Shown: piece by piece, positions 37,430 to 50,547 of the stretch | How positions within the stretch are numbered: the first letter of the stretch is position 1 | Layout of the letters: each line of letters begins with the position of its first letter | NCBI GenBank assembly: GCA_002269645.1 | Contig: NIVC01001526.1 | Span: 1-64,000 of the forward strand | Length of the DNA: 64,000 bases | Direction of reading: 5' to 3' | DNA from: Macrostomum lignano | Lineage: Eukaryota | Notes under the pieces: model-generated | What the model saw: only the letters and a program-made list of their open reading frames with translations | Databases searched by the model: none | Told to the model about the DNA's origin: nothing | Made by a program: the position numbers and the translations under genes

Positions 37430-39035
37430 CAGGGGTGAAGGGCGACTCTTGAAGGGGGTGGAGGCCGACTCTTGAAGGGGGTGAATGGCGAGTCTTGAAG
37501 GGGTGAAGGGCGACTCTTGAAGGGGGTGAATGGCGAGTCTTGAAGGGGTGAAGGGCGACTCTTGAAGGGGGTGAATGGCGAGTCTTGAAGGGGTGAAGGG
37601 CGACTCTTGAAGGGGGTGGATGGCGAGTCTTGAAGGGGTGAAGGGCGACTCTTGAAGGGGGTGAATGGCGAGTCTTGAAGGGGTGAAGGGCGACTCTTGA
37701 AGGGGGTGGAGGCCGAATCTTGAAGGGGGTGAATGGCGAGTCTTGAAGGGGTGAAGGGCGACTCTTGAAGGGGTGAAGGGCGACTCTTGAAGGGGGTGGA
37801 GGCCGAATCTTGAAGGGGGTGAATGGCGAGTCTTGAAGGGGTGAAGGGCGACTCTTGAAGGGGGTGGAGGCCGAATCTTGAAGGGGGTGAATGGCGAGTC
37901 TTGAAGGGGTGAAGGGCGACTCTTGAAGGGGTGAAGGGCGACTCTTGAAGGGGGTGGAGGCCGAATCTTGAAGGGGGTGAATGGCGAGTCTTGAAGGGGT
38001 GAAGGGCGACTCTTGAAGGGGTGGAGGGCGACTCTTTAAGGGGTGGAGGGCGATTCTTGAAGGGGTGAAGGGCGACTCTTGAAGGGGTGAAGGGCGACTC
38101 TCTAAGGGGTGAAGACCGACTCTTTAAGGGGTGAAGGACGACTCTTGAAGGGGTGAAGACCGACTCTTTAAGGGGTGAAGGACGACTCTTGAAGGGGGTG
38201 AATGGCGAGTCTTGAAGGGGTGAAGGGCGACTCTTGAAGGGGGTGGATGGCGAGTCTTGAAGGGGTGAAGGGCGACTCTTGAAGGGGGTGAATGGCGAGT
38301 CTTGAAGGGGTGAAGGGCGACTCTTGAAGGGGGTGGAGGCCGAATCTTGAAGGGGGTGAATGGCGAGTCTTGAAGGGGTGAAGGGCGACTCTTGAAGGGG
38401 TGAAGGGCGACTCTTGAAGGGGGTGGAGGCCGAATCTTGAAGGGGGTGAATGGCGAGTCTTGAAGGGGTGAAGGGCGACTCTTGAAGGGGTGGAGGGCGA
38501 CTCTTTAAGGGGTGGAGGGCGATTCTTTAAGGGGTGAAGGGCGACTCTTGAAGGGGTGAAGGGCGACTCTCTAAGGGGTGAAGGGTGACTCTTTAAGGGG
38601 TGAAGGGCGACTCTTGAAGGGGTGAAGACCGACTCTTTAAGGGGTGAAGGACGACTCTTGAAGGGGGTGAAGGGCGACTCTTTAAGGGGTGAAGGGCGAC
38701 TCTTGAAGGGGGTGAAGGGCGACTCTTTAAGGGGTGAAGGGCGACTCTTGAAAGGGGTGGAGGGCGACTCTTGAAGGGGTGAAGGGTGACTCTTGAAGGG
38801 GTGAGGGTGACTGTTGAAGGGGGTGAAGGGTGACTCTTGAAGGGGTGAAGGGTGACTCTTGAAGGGGTGAAGGGTGACTCTTGAAGGGGTGAAGGGTGAC
38901 TGTTAAAGGGGGTCAAGGGTGACTCTTGAAGGGGTGAAGGGCGACTCTTGAAGGGGTGAAGGGCGACTGTTGAGGGGGTGAAGGGTGACTCTCTAAGGGG
39001 TGAAGGGCGACTCTTGAAGGGAGTGAAGGGCGACT
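37430..39035. repeat. 21-22-bp G-rich minisatellite with higher-order blocks
   Basis: GAAGGGGTGAAGGGCGACTCTT alternating with GAAGGGGGTGAATGGCGAGTCTT and GGAGGCCGAATCTT variants. Confidence 0.95.
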
Positions 39036-39974
39036 TTTGCGGTAGTTCAGTAAACTGGATGAAAAATGAGACAAAAATATGAATAAAAATGAGCAGAAAA
39101 TTACTCAATTTGAATCAATCAGTTTCATATATTTGATGAAGCATAAAATCCGTGTACTCGTACTCTCAGATGCGCCGCTGATAGAATTTACGCTTATTTT
39201 AAAATGAGCAGCTACTTACTAACAGTAGTAAGGAGGCATAGAAAAGATCACCATTGTTGAGTAAATGAAGCAAAAGCCGAAGCAAGGCGTCCAAGGAGGA
39301 GGGAATGATTTTGTTGATGCTTACTTAAATTGTAAAGTTGAACAACAGGGTACTGGAATGTAAGGCGATAGCGTTGGTCAGTAGTAATAAAGCACGTAAA
39401 CACCTTAATTTTGCAAGTAGGAAAATCAATACACAATACGATAACCAATCTATACGTAGTATAATAAGTAAAAATTGAGCCATATAATTGAATATATAGA
39501 AGCGATTTTAACAAGAATTTACATACGAGAAGCGAAATAATTTTGCAAAACAAATCATTTAGAATCGAAGCCAGCACAGCTGGTGAATGAAAGCGGTGTG
39601 TCCGATACGGAGAGCAAGCCCTGATATCTCGGGAGAGAAAGTACTCGCTCTACTTTAAAAAAAACGGAACGCGCACACGACGTGAAACAAATCAAAAACG
39701 AAATTAATAAAACAGACAATCCGGCGACCATGTGACAAAAAAAGTTGCTCTATATACATTCGGTTAAATGGCAGCAGTGCCTACAGAGTAGTTATTGGAA
39801 TGAACGTTAAATAGCGATAAAATCATCACAGACTACTTACAGTTTCTGGTGGGAATGTGTTAACAAAAATTTACGAAAAAACGAAATAAATCACAGAAGG
39901 TAATAATACAGTCAGTGCCAAGTTGCCGCAGCTAGACTGCTAAGTTTTATTGTCCAGGGGGTGACGGCTGGCCC

Positions 39975-40370
39975 CGCAACTGAGGATCTGGGAGGCTGGC
40001 CAAGAAACTGATGATCTGAGAGGCTGGTCCAGCAACCAAGGATCTGGGAGGCTGGCTGGCCCAGCAACTGAGGATCTGGGAGGCTGGCCCAGCGACTGAG
40101 GATCTGAGAGGCTGGCCCAGCAACTGAGGATCTGAGAGGCTGGCCCAGCAACTGAGGATCTGGGAGGCTGGCCCAGCAACTGAGGATCTGGGAGGCTGGC
40201 CCAGCAACTGAGGATCTGGGAGGCTGGCCCAGCAACTGAGGATCTGAGAGGCTGGCCCAGCAACTGAGGATCTGGGAGGCTGGCCCAGCAACTAAGGATC
40301 TGGGAGGCTGGCCCAGCAACTGAGGATCTGGGAGGCTGGCCCAGAAACTGAGGATCTGGAAGGCTGGCCG
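39975..40370. repeat. 29-bp minisatellite
   Basis: GGCTGGCCCAGCAACTGAGGATCTGGGA-type units. Confidence 0.93.
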
Positions 40371-40761
40371 AGCCTGAAAATTCTAAAATCAGAAACCTAA
40401 CTAGCTGGCGACAGAGGCCTGAGCTTGCATGGAAGTTCTTCAATACAGATTTAGGCTAAAAAACAAAAGAAACTTACCATCAGAACGTTTTCGCAATACT
40501 AAAAAAAGTGCTGATTAAAAAGTGATTGACACAGAGTTGGAAAATTGGAATTACTAACGATAAAAAACTTGTCAAACTGGATAAGCACAGAAAAGTCAAG
40601 GACTCAGTTACATAAAAGGACAAAGGCTGCCAGCATACTCATGAAGCAAATATACAGCATTGCAATCCATAAATCAGTAGCCCACAAGCTACATTATAAC
40701 ACAGAATTAATTCAATCAGAAATAAATCAATCTTCGAGGCTGTTTTTAGGAAGTGCTCAAC

Positions 40762-41221
40762 CTACACGCTGGTCTCGTAGATGAAATTCGATCCAGCCGG
40801 TGGCAACCGTCGCCTACGACGCTTCCGACCTCGACGCGTCGCTTGATCGACTTGCACGGCCAGCTCGTTATAATCGGCCGATGTCGGTATGGGCATCGAG
40901 CGGGAGCGCAGCCGCGGATCGACTCCGACGGCGCCAGTTTTGTCGTTGCCGGCGCCAACAAAATCGGCGTTGCTAGCGAACCAGGTCCATTCGCGTCGCC
41001 GGGTGTCGAACGTCGCCGAGCGCAGTTGATCTTCGTCGAAGTTGTCCAAATACTCTTCTGGATCTTCGTATTCGCCGGCCTCTTCGCCGTCGGATTTGGC
41101 GCCGCCGCGCCCACTCAGCACGTCGGCCGAAGCGGCGCCGCCGATTCCAGTAAAACTTTTTGAACGACCGCCAGCTGTTTCGGGAGATCTGGATGGCGAG
41201 TGGGGGAGTCCGTTCGAGAGC
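40762..41221 (-). CDS. Probable last exon of the large disordered-protein gene; ends in ETSV*
   Basis: Frame open from 41226 to 40762 (LSNGLPHSPSRSPET...GEEAGEYEDPEEYLDNFDEDQLRS...NFIYETSV). A phase-compatible but weak acceptor lies at 41222. Confidence 0.6.
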
Positions 41222-41256
41222 CTCGTTCAAACTGGTACTGCTGGAGTCAGGCCGCG

Positions 41257-41795
41257 GAATATGCTACTTCTGTGGGGAATATACTACTTCTGTGGGGAAT
41301 ATACTACTTCTGTGGGGAATATACTACTTCAGTGGGGAATATACTACTTCTGTGGGGAATATACTACTTCTGTGGGGAATATACTACTTCTGTGGGGAAT
41401 ATACTACTTCTGTGGGGAATATGCTACTTCTGTGGGGAATATACTACTTCTGTGGGGAATATACTACTTCAGTGGGGAATATACTACTTCAGTGGGGAAT
41501 ATACTACTTCTGTGGGGAATATACTACTTCAGTGGGGAATATACTACTTCTGTGGGGAATATACTACTTCTGTGGGGAATATACTACTTCTGTGGGGAAT
41601 ATGCTACTTCTGTGGGGAATATACTACTTCTGTGGGGAATATACTACTTCTGTGGGGAATATGCTACTTCTGTGGGGAATATACTACTTCTGTGGGGAAT
41701 ATACTACTTCTGTGGGGAATATACTACTTCTGTGGGGAATATACTAATTCTGTGGGGAATATACTACTTCAGTGGGGAATATACTACCAGTGGGG
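41257..41795. repeat. 20-bp intronic minisatellite
   Basis: GGGGAATATACTACTTCTGT, ~27 copies. Confidence 0.95.
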
Positions 41796-41988
41796 AATGT
41801 ACTTCTTTTTTGGATCTACCAATCGAACAACACTACAAACTGTACTGCTACTTTCTGTGGACTCTGTGGATTATGAAGTCGTCATCAGATGAATCCCACG
41901 AGGGACTCTGTTACAGACCCCGAGATTTCTTCAAAAATTCAATTCAACACTTTTCAAACCAATTGAAAAATACCGAAGCAATAGTTAC

Positions 41989-42832
41989 CTAGATCTCGAC
42001 CTTCTTCTACTCTGCCTACGCATCACCGCAGGCGATAGAGCCGTGAACGACAATTCGCGACCGGAGAGCGCTGACGAGCTTCGATAATAGGAGGCCGACC
42101 GACTGGCATCGCCGCCGCCTCCACCGCTGACACCGACGGTGCCTGCTTTACCAGCTGAGCCCAGCCGGTTGCTTCGCCTACGACTATTATTAGCCTTAAT
42201 CGAATCGCGCTTCCTTTGAAATCGCCTACGCTCGTCAGCGTCTAATGGCAACGGATCGGCCACTAGAGGCGGCTGCGGCATCCGGGCCTGGGAGAGCGCC
42301 TGGCGAAGATACGGATTCAATAGTTGCCGAGTCGGAGCCACGTCCGACGAATCTGAGTCTACTGGCGTTTGGATTGGCCGATTAGACAGACAGTTGAGCA
42401 GGAAGTCGATAGCGCCTTGTTTAAGAGAGTCGCCGCTATTAGTAGCAGCACTGGGGTTGCCTGCTGCAATTGCTGATGGCTTCTTCTGAGGCGGCTGGGT
42501 CTGCGACTTCTGCGCTGGCTCTGGCGGCTGCTGCTGTCCCGGTTGCGGCATGCTAGCCGAAGCGCCGAGACCTGTGGCAGGATGCGCGATGCTGATTGGC
42601 TCCCAGCTGAGCGGCCGCATGATTGGCAGATCGTCATCCTGCTCCTCAGCCTCATCAGCTGACTCGTCTGACTCATCATCCGAGTCAGAGCTGTCGTCCA
42701 GCTGCGCTTTAGAAGCCGGACCGATCGAGTTGTTCTGAGCAGCCGCCGACACGGGCGCCTGATCGTCGATCTCGCTGAGATCCGAGGCGACCACAAGCGA
42801 TTCCTGATCGAATGAGCCGCCGCTGAGGCGAT
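41989..42832 (-). CDS. Internal exon of the large disordered-protein gene
   Basis: Acceptor tattttttttag| at 42833 (phase 1, matches the donor at 43704); donor AG|GTAACT at 41988. Confidence 0.78.
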
Positions 42833-42930
42833 CTAAAAAAATAGAAATTTTTTGGTCATTTTCTGCATATAGATTTTGGTATATAGTTATAGTTCTATAC
42901 TGGCTGTTTTGCGTCATAGCGTGTGTCATA

Positions 42931-43235
42931 GGCTTGTAGCCTAGTGGTTAGACTTAGAGCGTCGGACTCACGACGCAGAGGTCGGGGGTTCGATTCTCTC
43001 AACCCACTCGGACACAATTTGTGTCCTTGAGCAAGACACTTCACTCTGCATTGCTTCAGTTCACCCAGCTGTAAAATGGGTGCCAGCATTAGCTGATGTA
43101 ATTGAGGGTGTGTGTGGCGACCCCCCAGTCCTTGGACTGAACAGCCGTACGCAGCCTTCAGATGCGCCGCACAATAGCTGCGGCTGAGCTGTCGGTTGCA
43201 CATCTGCCCATTAGGGCAGGTGTAATCAATTATTA
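42931..43235 (+). mobile_element. tRNA-derived CORE-like SINE, full-length intronic copy
   Basis: A box TAGCCTAGTGGTTA, B box GGTTCGATTC, CORE-like domain, 3' AT-rich tail. Confidence 0.9.
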
Positions 43236-43704
43236 TCAAGTATTGTGTCATAACGTATATCAACTTCAATTTTCACCTCCTGGGTATAAATCAGGATGAT
43301 AGGAAAAGTTACTTACCCTCTCTGAAGGCGGCAACTAATCGTAGCATTGCTGGTTTAAGATTATGCTAATAAATTTAAATTTAATGCTCAAATCTAACTG
43401 TTTGATGAGCATTCCCACACACTAGCGCATTGAATGTCCGTGTATAAATGGGCTGGTCGAACCTCCCACATGGGGGGGGGACAGACGGACTAAGATATGA
43501 CGGCTCACTAAAGGCGCCAGGTAGAATACATATTACCGCTACAGCCAACACAAGTTGTAATTGCAGGTATTACAAAACAAGCATTAAGCGACGAAGTGCT
43601 ATCAATATCTAAACACAGGACTAAATTCCAACAGTGCGTAACAAAGTGCAAAAATTTGATTACTAATGTCCAGACAGCACGCCAAGAATGAGATAAGCCC
43701 TCAC

Positions 43705-46700
43705 CATTAGTTGGCTCGTTCACAACCACAGTGGGGTTAGCATCCGAGGAAACCGTAAAGCCGCCAGTTTCCTGTCGTTGATACTCCGGTTTTCGAGGCG
43801 TTTTACGCGGTGCCGCAACTGGCGCATCCTTGCCGGTTGTTTGTCCAACGGTTAAACCGGTAATTGTAGGCCGCCCAGCATCACCAACTAGATGTTTGTT
43901 GGTGTTTTCAACCCATCGATTAATGCGAGTATCAGCTGGTGCGTCTTCCAACTGGCCCTCCTCATTATCAGAATCGGCTTGTATTTCTTCATCTTCAGCT
44001 TTCGTTGGCTCTGGCGATATGCGCCTATTACTAAAGTGAAGAACCTTTGGTTTCTCTTTCTTAGAACGTTTAGTCTTTTTCGGCTTCTCTGTATCTGTTG
44101 ACTGCTTCTCTTCTTCAACTGGTTTCGTTGTTGCATAAACTGTTGGAGGCGGCGTTGAAGTTCGCGAAGGTGACACGGATGAGCCAGATAGATGATGAGG
44201 CCGTGTCTGCATAGATGCGACATCAACGCACGGCAGGTCTTGCATTTGTGATTGCTGCTGCTGAACTGAGACTGGAGAAACGGCTCGCTTTGACGAATAA
44301 GATGGGGCTGCATAAGCTACCAGCTCTGGTACCGCTATTTTCTCCTGTTGATTTTGCTGATGGTTGTCAGTTGAGCGCCAGAGCTGCGGCTGCGATACAA
44401 TGTCTTTGCCTTCGGGACGCGAAGAAATGGGCCGAGCTGTTTTATATTCAGTACTATGCGAACTTTTAGCATATATATCTAGGCGTTCAATATTGTCTTC
44501 GATATGCACGGGTTCAGGTTCAACTGGGACCTCATCCGCTTGTCGATTGACCCCAAAAAGTTTGCGGCCTTTTTTCATCTTCTGACTGCGATGGTCCGTT
44601 TTGGCATGACTTTCAGAAACTGGTTCTGCTTCAGCGCCAACTGAGTCACCGTTAGAGTCGGTGGGCGCTCTAGGTTTAGAGATTTTTAAACTAGCTCTGT
44701 TGGCGTTGCTAGCAGTTTTAACTAGCTGATCAACATTTGCATCTTCTGGACTGCTCTTGGGTCGCTTTTTTGTTTCATCTGCAGCAGCTGTTTTTGATTT
44801 TCTTCCAGAAGAAGATCGAAACGATGATCGTAGGAGCCTTGTTTGTGGCGGCGGCTCACTCTGTTTGCTTGCTTCAGATTCTGCATCAGATGGCATAGCA
44901 GCCTCTGGTCGCGGATCCTTTTCGAAATGTTTACTTTTGCGTTTTTTACTGTCTTCACTCAGCTGCGAAGACAGTAACTCACTGAATTCACTCTGCTCCA
45001 CCGGTTGTTTAGGAGACGGTACACTCTCAGTGTCGTAAATTCGACTTTGCTCTTTCTTGCTGGTACTTTTGCTCTTGTTGTCAGACTGAGCAGGTTCGGC
45101 TGATTTGGGTGTAACCTCGGAAACTTTTGAACTCAAAGGTGGCTTCGACAGAGGTAAATCCGACTTGCCTTCAGTCTTCTCAACCGGCGATGGCATGCCC
45201 TCGGTCTTCTCAACCGGCGATGGCAAAGTTGAGGACCTACTTTTTTGACCATCTTCTGTTGCTCTTATCTTTGCTTTGTGCTGCTGCGATTGTATGGACG
45301 TCTTTTCGAAAGATTCTTCTTCAAATTCAACATTTGATCGCTCGGTTGAAGTTTCAAGTATTGAAGACTTTGAACGATGACGCTCTTTTGGCTTACGGTG
45401 ATCCTTTTTCTTTTTGCCCTTTTTCTTGTTATCACTATCCGCACTTGCAACAGTCGGTGGTTCTGCTGGATCAGCTGAAGAGGCTTTAGACTTGCTTTGT
45501 GTTAACACTTTACTTTTAAGATTAGATTCTTGTTCAGTCGTAGAGTCTTCACTAACAGTAACAAAGTTGTCAGTTGAAAGCAGCTGGACTGTTTTGGCGT
45601 GAGTGTCCTGACCACGAATTAACTGGGAATCGGTCTGAGCAACCTTTTCCACTTGAGTAACAGCTGGGAGTTTAACGGCAGATCTGTATTGACTGGATGA
45701 AGTGATCTTCGGAACAGCAATATCCTCTTTGGCTTCATGGGAAAATCTGGATTTTGGCTTAATAGTCTTATCGTTATCAGAAGCTCCACTGCCACTCAGA
45801 TCGTCTTCTTCTGCAACAATAGGTGCTTCGGAGATAGATTTCTTAGGCGATGGAGGTCGGACTAGGATTGTATCTTGGTTCGAGAGATCTGATTGACGAC
45901 TTGGAACAGTAACCTCAACGTCAGTCGATTGTGAATTAATTGATGTGGAAGCCTGGGATACTGTCTCTTCGTCGATAGTTGCCAAAATATGACGCCTTGG
46001 TAGATACATATCTTCTACGGGATGAGATTGGTACCACTCAGCAGCAGCTCGAACTGTCTCACTGTAATCCTCATCTTCATCATCATCATCAGATTCTGAA
46101 GAAGCAGACTCTGAGGTGCCTTCTTGGACAAGCAAAGAAGATATGGAATTCTCATCGGCAATCAAAATGCTGATAGGTGGCTGCTGATCGATATGACCAG
46201 TCGAAAAAAAGAGTTGCTGATCACTTAGCGAACCTTCGTCCACTACAACGCTAGGGCTTCCTTCGCTGCTACTATTTTCTTCGCTTTCCCTTTCATCCTC
46301 CGCTTCTTTTAAGCTAGCAAGACTGGTCGGCAGTACTTCGTGCGGTGGCGGTTTCTGTGGTGTTTTCTGTTCCTTTGGTGGCTTTGACTTTACTTTTTTC
46401 AAAACTTCTTGCAATTCATACTGCTTCTCATAACCAGTATCGTAGTCTCCGCTACCATCGGACTCGGCACTGGATTGGGATGAATCCTCTGAAGTGGCAC
46501 TAACAATACTACCAGTTACCGCGGCTGGTAATCGCTTTGACTCGTATCGCTCCGACAGAGTTGAAATTTTTAACTCTGCGTCCTCATGCAGGTCATTTCC
46601 TTTAAGTCGCTCTACTTGCTCTTTTTCGCCTGAGGCAGTTGATGGCAACAAATTCTCTTGTGCTCGATCATACCGCAAAGTCTCAGATTTACCAACAGCA

Positions 46701-49635
46701 TCGGGATACAACCACTTGCCTTGTTCTTCGCTTGTTTGGGTTTTTAGAAGCCTTTCTTCTTCTGTGCGCCTACCTAATTCAGAGTCCGAAATAAAGTAAG
46801 AACGATTTTCTTGCGACCTGTCATAATGCAACATTGCCTCATTTTTAACCAAGCGAGGACTAAATGGTTGCGGTTCATCTGCATCGACAGCAGTTTCTGT
46901 AGATGGCTTTTCAATAGGCAGTACAGGCGATCGATTGTCCTGGGCGGGATATCGTTCTCCTTGTTCGGTTTGCACAGGCGTAACTTGTTCAGATGTACTT
47001 TTAGCCTTGGAAGAATCAGAAGCTGGGGTCTTTACAGTTGTCGGATCTGAGACCTTTTTGGTCGGTCGACCTTTTTGATTTGAGCTACTTTTGGCAGGCT
47101 GAAACTCAAAAACAGCTTCTTTTTCCATTTGGCGAATAATGGGTGCAACTACAGATGCCTCTTTTGGCGAAGGAGCAGAAGGGTGGGTTGATGATGCAGT
47201 TGAGGATTGCTCTTTTTGATAGACTACTCGCTCAAGCTGATCAGGCTCCACTTCAAAACGGAAGTCACTAGGACTAGGTGGCAAAGCATCCTTTTCGATC
47301 AAATCTTCGTGCTCCTTGCGCTTTACCTTGACAATACCAGAATTGACCAATTCCTGATATGACTTTCGCTCTTCTGCTGTTTGCTTCCGCATGGCGCGTC
47401 GTACTTCGTATTGTTCAGCGCGTCGCTTTACAATTCCTGGAGAAAACTTTTCATCAGCAGTGCCGCTATCTTCATTTGTACTGGTATTAGTAGTTACTAC
47501 TGTCAGTTGAGCAACTTTTTGACTAGTTGGCGTTGTTTTTATAGTTGCAGGCGTTGAATCCGTTGCTGTTGTCGTCTGCGAAGTTCTCATATCTACTTGA
47601 TCAGATCCTGATTGCTGAGGAGTTGGCAAAATAGGAGACAATGGGTTGTCCAGATATTGGCTGGCTGTGTTCCTCAAAGGCTCTACAGTAGTTGCAGCTG
47701 ACTCATCAATGCTACCGTTGTCTGATGATGCCTCAGAAGGTGCTTTGGAACCTCGGGGAGAAACATCATCGTAAATTGGCTCATGGATTTTAACATAAGA
47801 ATTCGCAGCTGGATCGCGAACGTAAACTGTGTGATAACGTGAATTACTGTGGCTTTTCTCACCACGCTCTGTGTTAAGACTAACGTTAGATACGTTTTCA
47901 CTGTCGGCAACGTCAGCAGAAAATTCTACTGTGAGGATTTCGCCTTGAGTTAAGCGCCTATCAGTCGTAACGGTTCGCTGAAAGACTTTAATAAGAATCT
48001 CGTCTTCCTCCATCCTATTCTTTGGTCCGTCGTACAAATAGCTGTAAAATCCCTGTGGGCGCGTCGATTTTTCGTCATTTGAGTCTGATTCATCCGAATA
48101 ATAGGGCTCGGCTAGAACCTCCATGCACATTTTTTCAGAAACAGACAGACGAGCCGACTGCTTTGGGGGACAGAAAACTGATAACGAGTCAGTAGTTGCA
48201 ACGCTAACTTCTTCCAACATAGTAGCATTAGATTCAAGCTGTGTACTTTGTGGTTCCTGGACGTTCCGAGGCTTTTCGCTTTTCGTCCTCTTGCTGTCTA
48301 AGAAGGCCTCCATTCTTTTTTGCGAATCCGTATCAATGGCCACAGCTGCTCCTCCAGAGACTGTTTCATTGCTTTCTGAATGGACAGAGGAAGCTTCATT
48401 TTTGTCTAATATACGATTCAGTCGTCGGCGACTTCGCTTTTGATCAACAGATTTTTTTGATTGGTGCGACTCCTTTGGTGACTCATGTGGTTTGACAAGC
48501 TTCTTGGGAGCCTTAGATTCCTTCGGCTCAGCTTTAGCATCAAGATTTTCACGTTGCACTCGGTCGCTTATATATTTACTGACAGAAGATTCTATTGACT
48601 TTGAGTGCTCATCAGAGACATAATTTTCAGCTTCAGGTGAAATTTTCTGAGTAAACTCAGCCTGACTCTGAAATTCGCCAAATGTCGCGCCTATCGATGA
48701 TTCGCTTTTCGAGGCAGGATAAGTAGGCGCAAGCTTTGAGGGCTGACTGGCTTTATTTTTAGCCTCAGCTGAAGTGACATTTTCCACTACTGATTCAGCT
48801 GAGTCGGAAGCCACGCTCTCGTCTTCACCGTACAATGCAACGTAAGCAGTAGGCAATGGAAGTGTGATTTCAGAAGACAGAGAGAGATCAACAACCGGAG
48901 GCGATGGATCAGCAGCCGCTGTTGCAGAAACAACAGCAGCAACAGATGAAGCTACAGCGGCAGCTTCAGCAGCAGCTTCAGCGCCATGCTCGCCATCTTT
49001 TTTCAGGAGCATAGAACAGAGTTGATCGTCTCTGAATCCATCGCACGAAAGTATGAGGCTGGCCCATTTGTTGCTCTCGGCAAGATCCGCGACGTTAGCA
49101 CGGCCTGGCCGGCAGTCTGCTGATGGCAGCGCTTGTGCTAAGCAAACTGTCACCTCAACATTCGGGTCAGTAGTGTGGTACGCCTCTTCGTGGGTGACAG
49201 CAACACTTGAACCGTCCGGCATACGGAAAGTTGATTTGTAGACGTGCTCAACACGCTTGCGCCAAATGTCAACCGAAGATACTTCTTCGTGATGCCGAAC
49301 ATGGGCACTGCGAGAGTCTCTGTGCTGCTGCACGGACTCTAGAAGCGATTTTCCACTGCTCAATGAATATTCCTCCAATCCGAGTGTTGTCTCAAATTCC
49401 GTGTTTTCAGAGAGCACAGTCTCAGTCACTCGTCTATCTTCGTTGCGGATAGATAAAAATTCTTGAAAAGTTTTGCGCTGGTTCGGCTTCTGACCAAGAC
49501 GCTCGGAGTTGGTGCGATTTAACTGTGCCGTCGATCCTGTCGCCGATGCCTGCGCTGTTGCGGAAGTCGATGAGGCCGCTGAATTGGGCGTAGCCGCAGC
49601 TGCCATTGCTGCGCTTGGTGACGCTTCAGCTGCGT
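43705..49635 (-). CDS. 5.9-kb giant exon of a ~2,460-aa S/E/K-rich intrinsically disordered protein
   Basis: Uninterrupted frame of about 2,000 codons. Acceptor gtctttttttag| at 49636 and donor G|GTGAGG at 43704 are both phase 1. No globular domain recognised. Confidence 0.88.
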
Positions 49636-49776
49636 CTAAAAAAAGACAAAATAAGAAACATGCTTTGGAATATTAATATTTGGCTACAAGGCAGTTATTT
49701 ATTGTACAGTACAGCCATTTATTACTCAGTTAGCAGAAAAAGCAAGAAAAAATGAAAGAAATGCCGCAATACTTAC

Positions 49777-49945
49777 CCGAGCCAGACCGGGTAGCGCACA
49801 AGTTGCTGACCCCTTGGCTGTTGCCGATATTAATTGACCCTGAGGCAGCCTGCGAACCAGCCGCCTCAACTGCCTCAGCCTCTATTTCTCTTCTCTCTCC
49901 GCCGTCACTTTGCTGCATTTCTTCAATTGGACGACGAGACCTAAT
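49777..49945 (-). CDS. Upstream exon of the large disordered-protein gene (ATG at 49918 possible)
   Basis: Acceptor cacttttag| at 49946; donor G|GTAAGT at 49776, phase 1. Confidence 0.72.
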
Positions 49946-50462
49946 CTAAAAGTGGATGAAAATGAACAATAAGAAAAGAGAGTACAGTCAGTCATACAAA
50001 AATGAACACACACATTTTTCTTTGGCTTTGTTTGCTCATTTGAAAAAGCGACTGAAGCGAACTTTGAAGAACGAATGAGAATGGGATTGATAGTGAGGTG
50101 GAAAATGAATATAAATTGTTTGCCTGTACAAAGTTAACATTAGTATTCTGCCATACGCGCGTAATTACCAGCACTGTTATTATCAATTAAACCTTAAAAC
50201 TTAATAGAAACATCGGCATAAGTGATAATTTAATTATGCGACTTAAAAAGCCAAATAAAACTAAAAAATACAGACTTTGGGTAAAACTGAAATTGTGAAG
50301 TAGAAGCATTTCAAAGCCAATCACCTTAAAGCTAAATGCTACTGTTGAATAAAAATCGACCAAAGCTTCAGCACTATATTCACTAGGATTATTTTAGGAA
50401 TTCCTCAACAGTTAAAAGACCGAAGCTTAGTATAAAAACTGCTTACTACTCGTACTTACAAA

Positions 50463-50547
50463 GGGCCGTAGCCCAGTGGTCTTCTTATGCGGCAGCTCTG
50501 ATGACACTCTGGTGTGTCAGCAACCAAGGCTCGATTCCAAGTGGTCA
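50463..50547 (+). other. tRNA-like/SINE-head fragment
   Basis: A-box-like TAGCCCAGTGG and B-box-like GGCTCGATTCC; no convincing cloverleaf. Confidence 0.3.

Noticed and set aside
42931-43010. tRNA gene
   Set aside because: The A/B boxes continue directly into a SINE body shared with three other copies.
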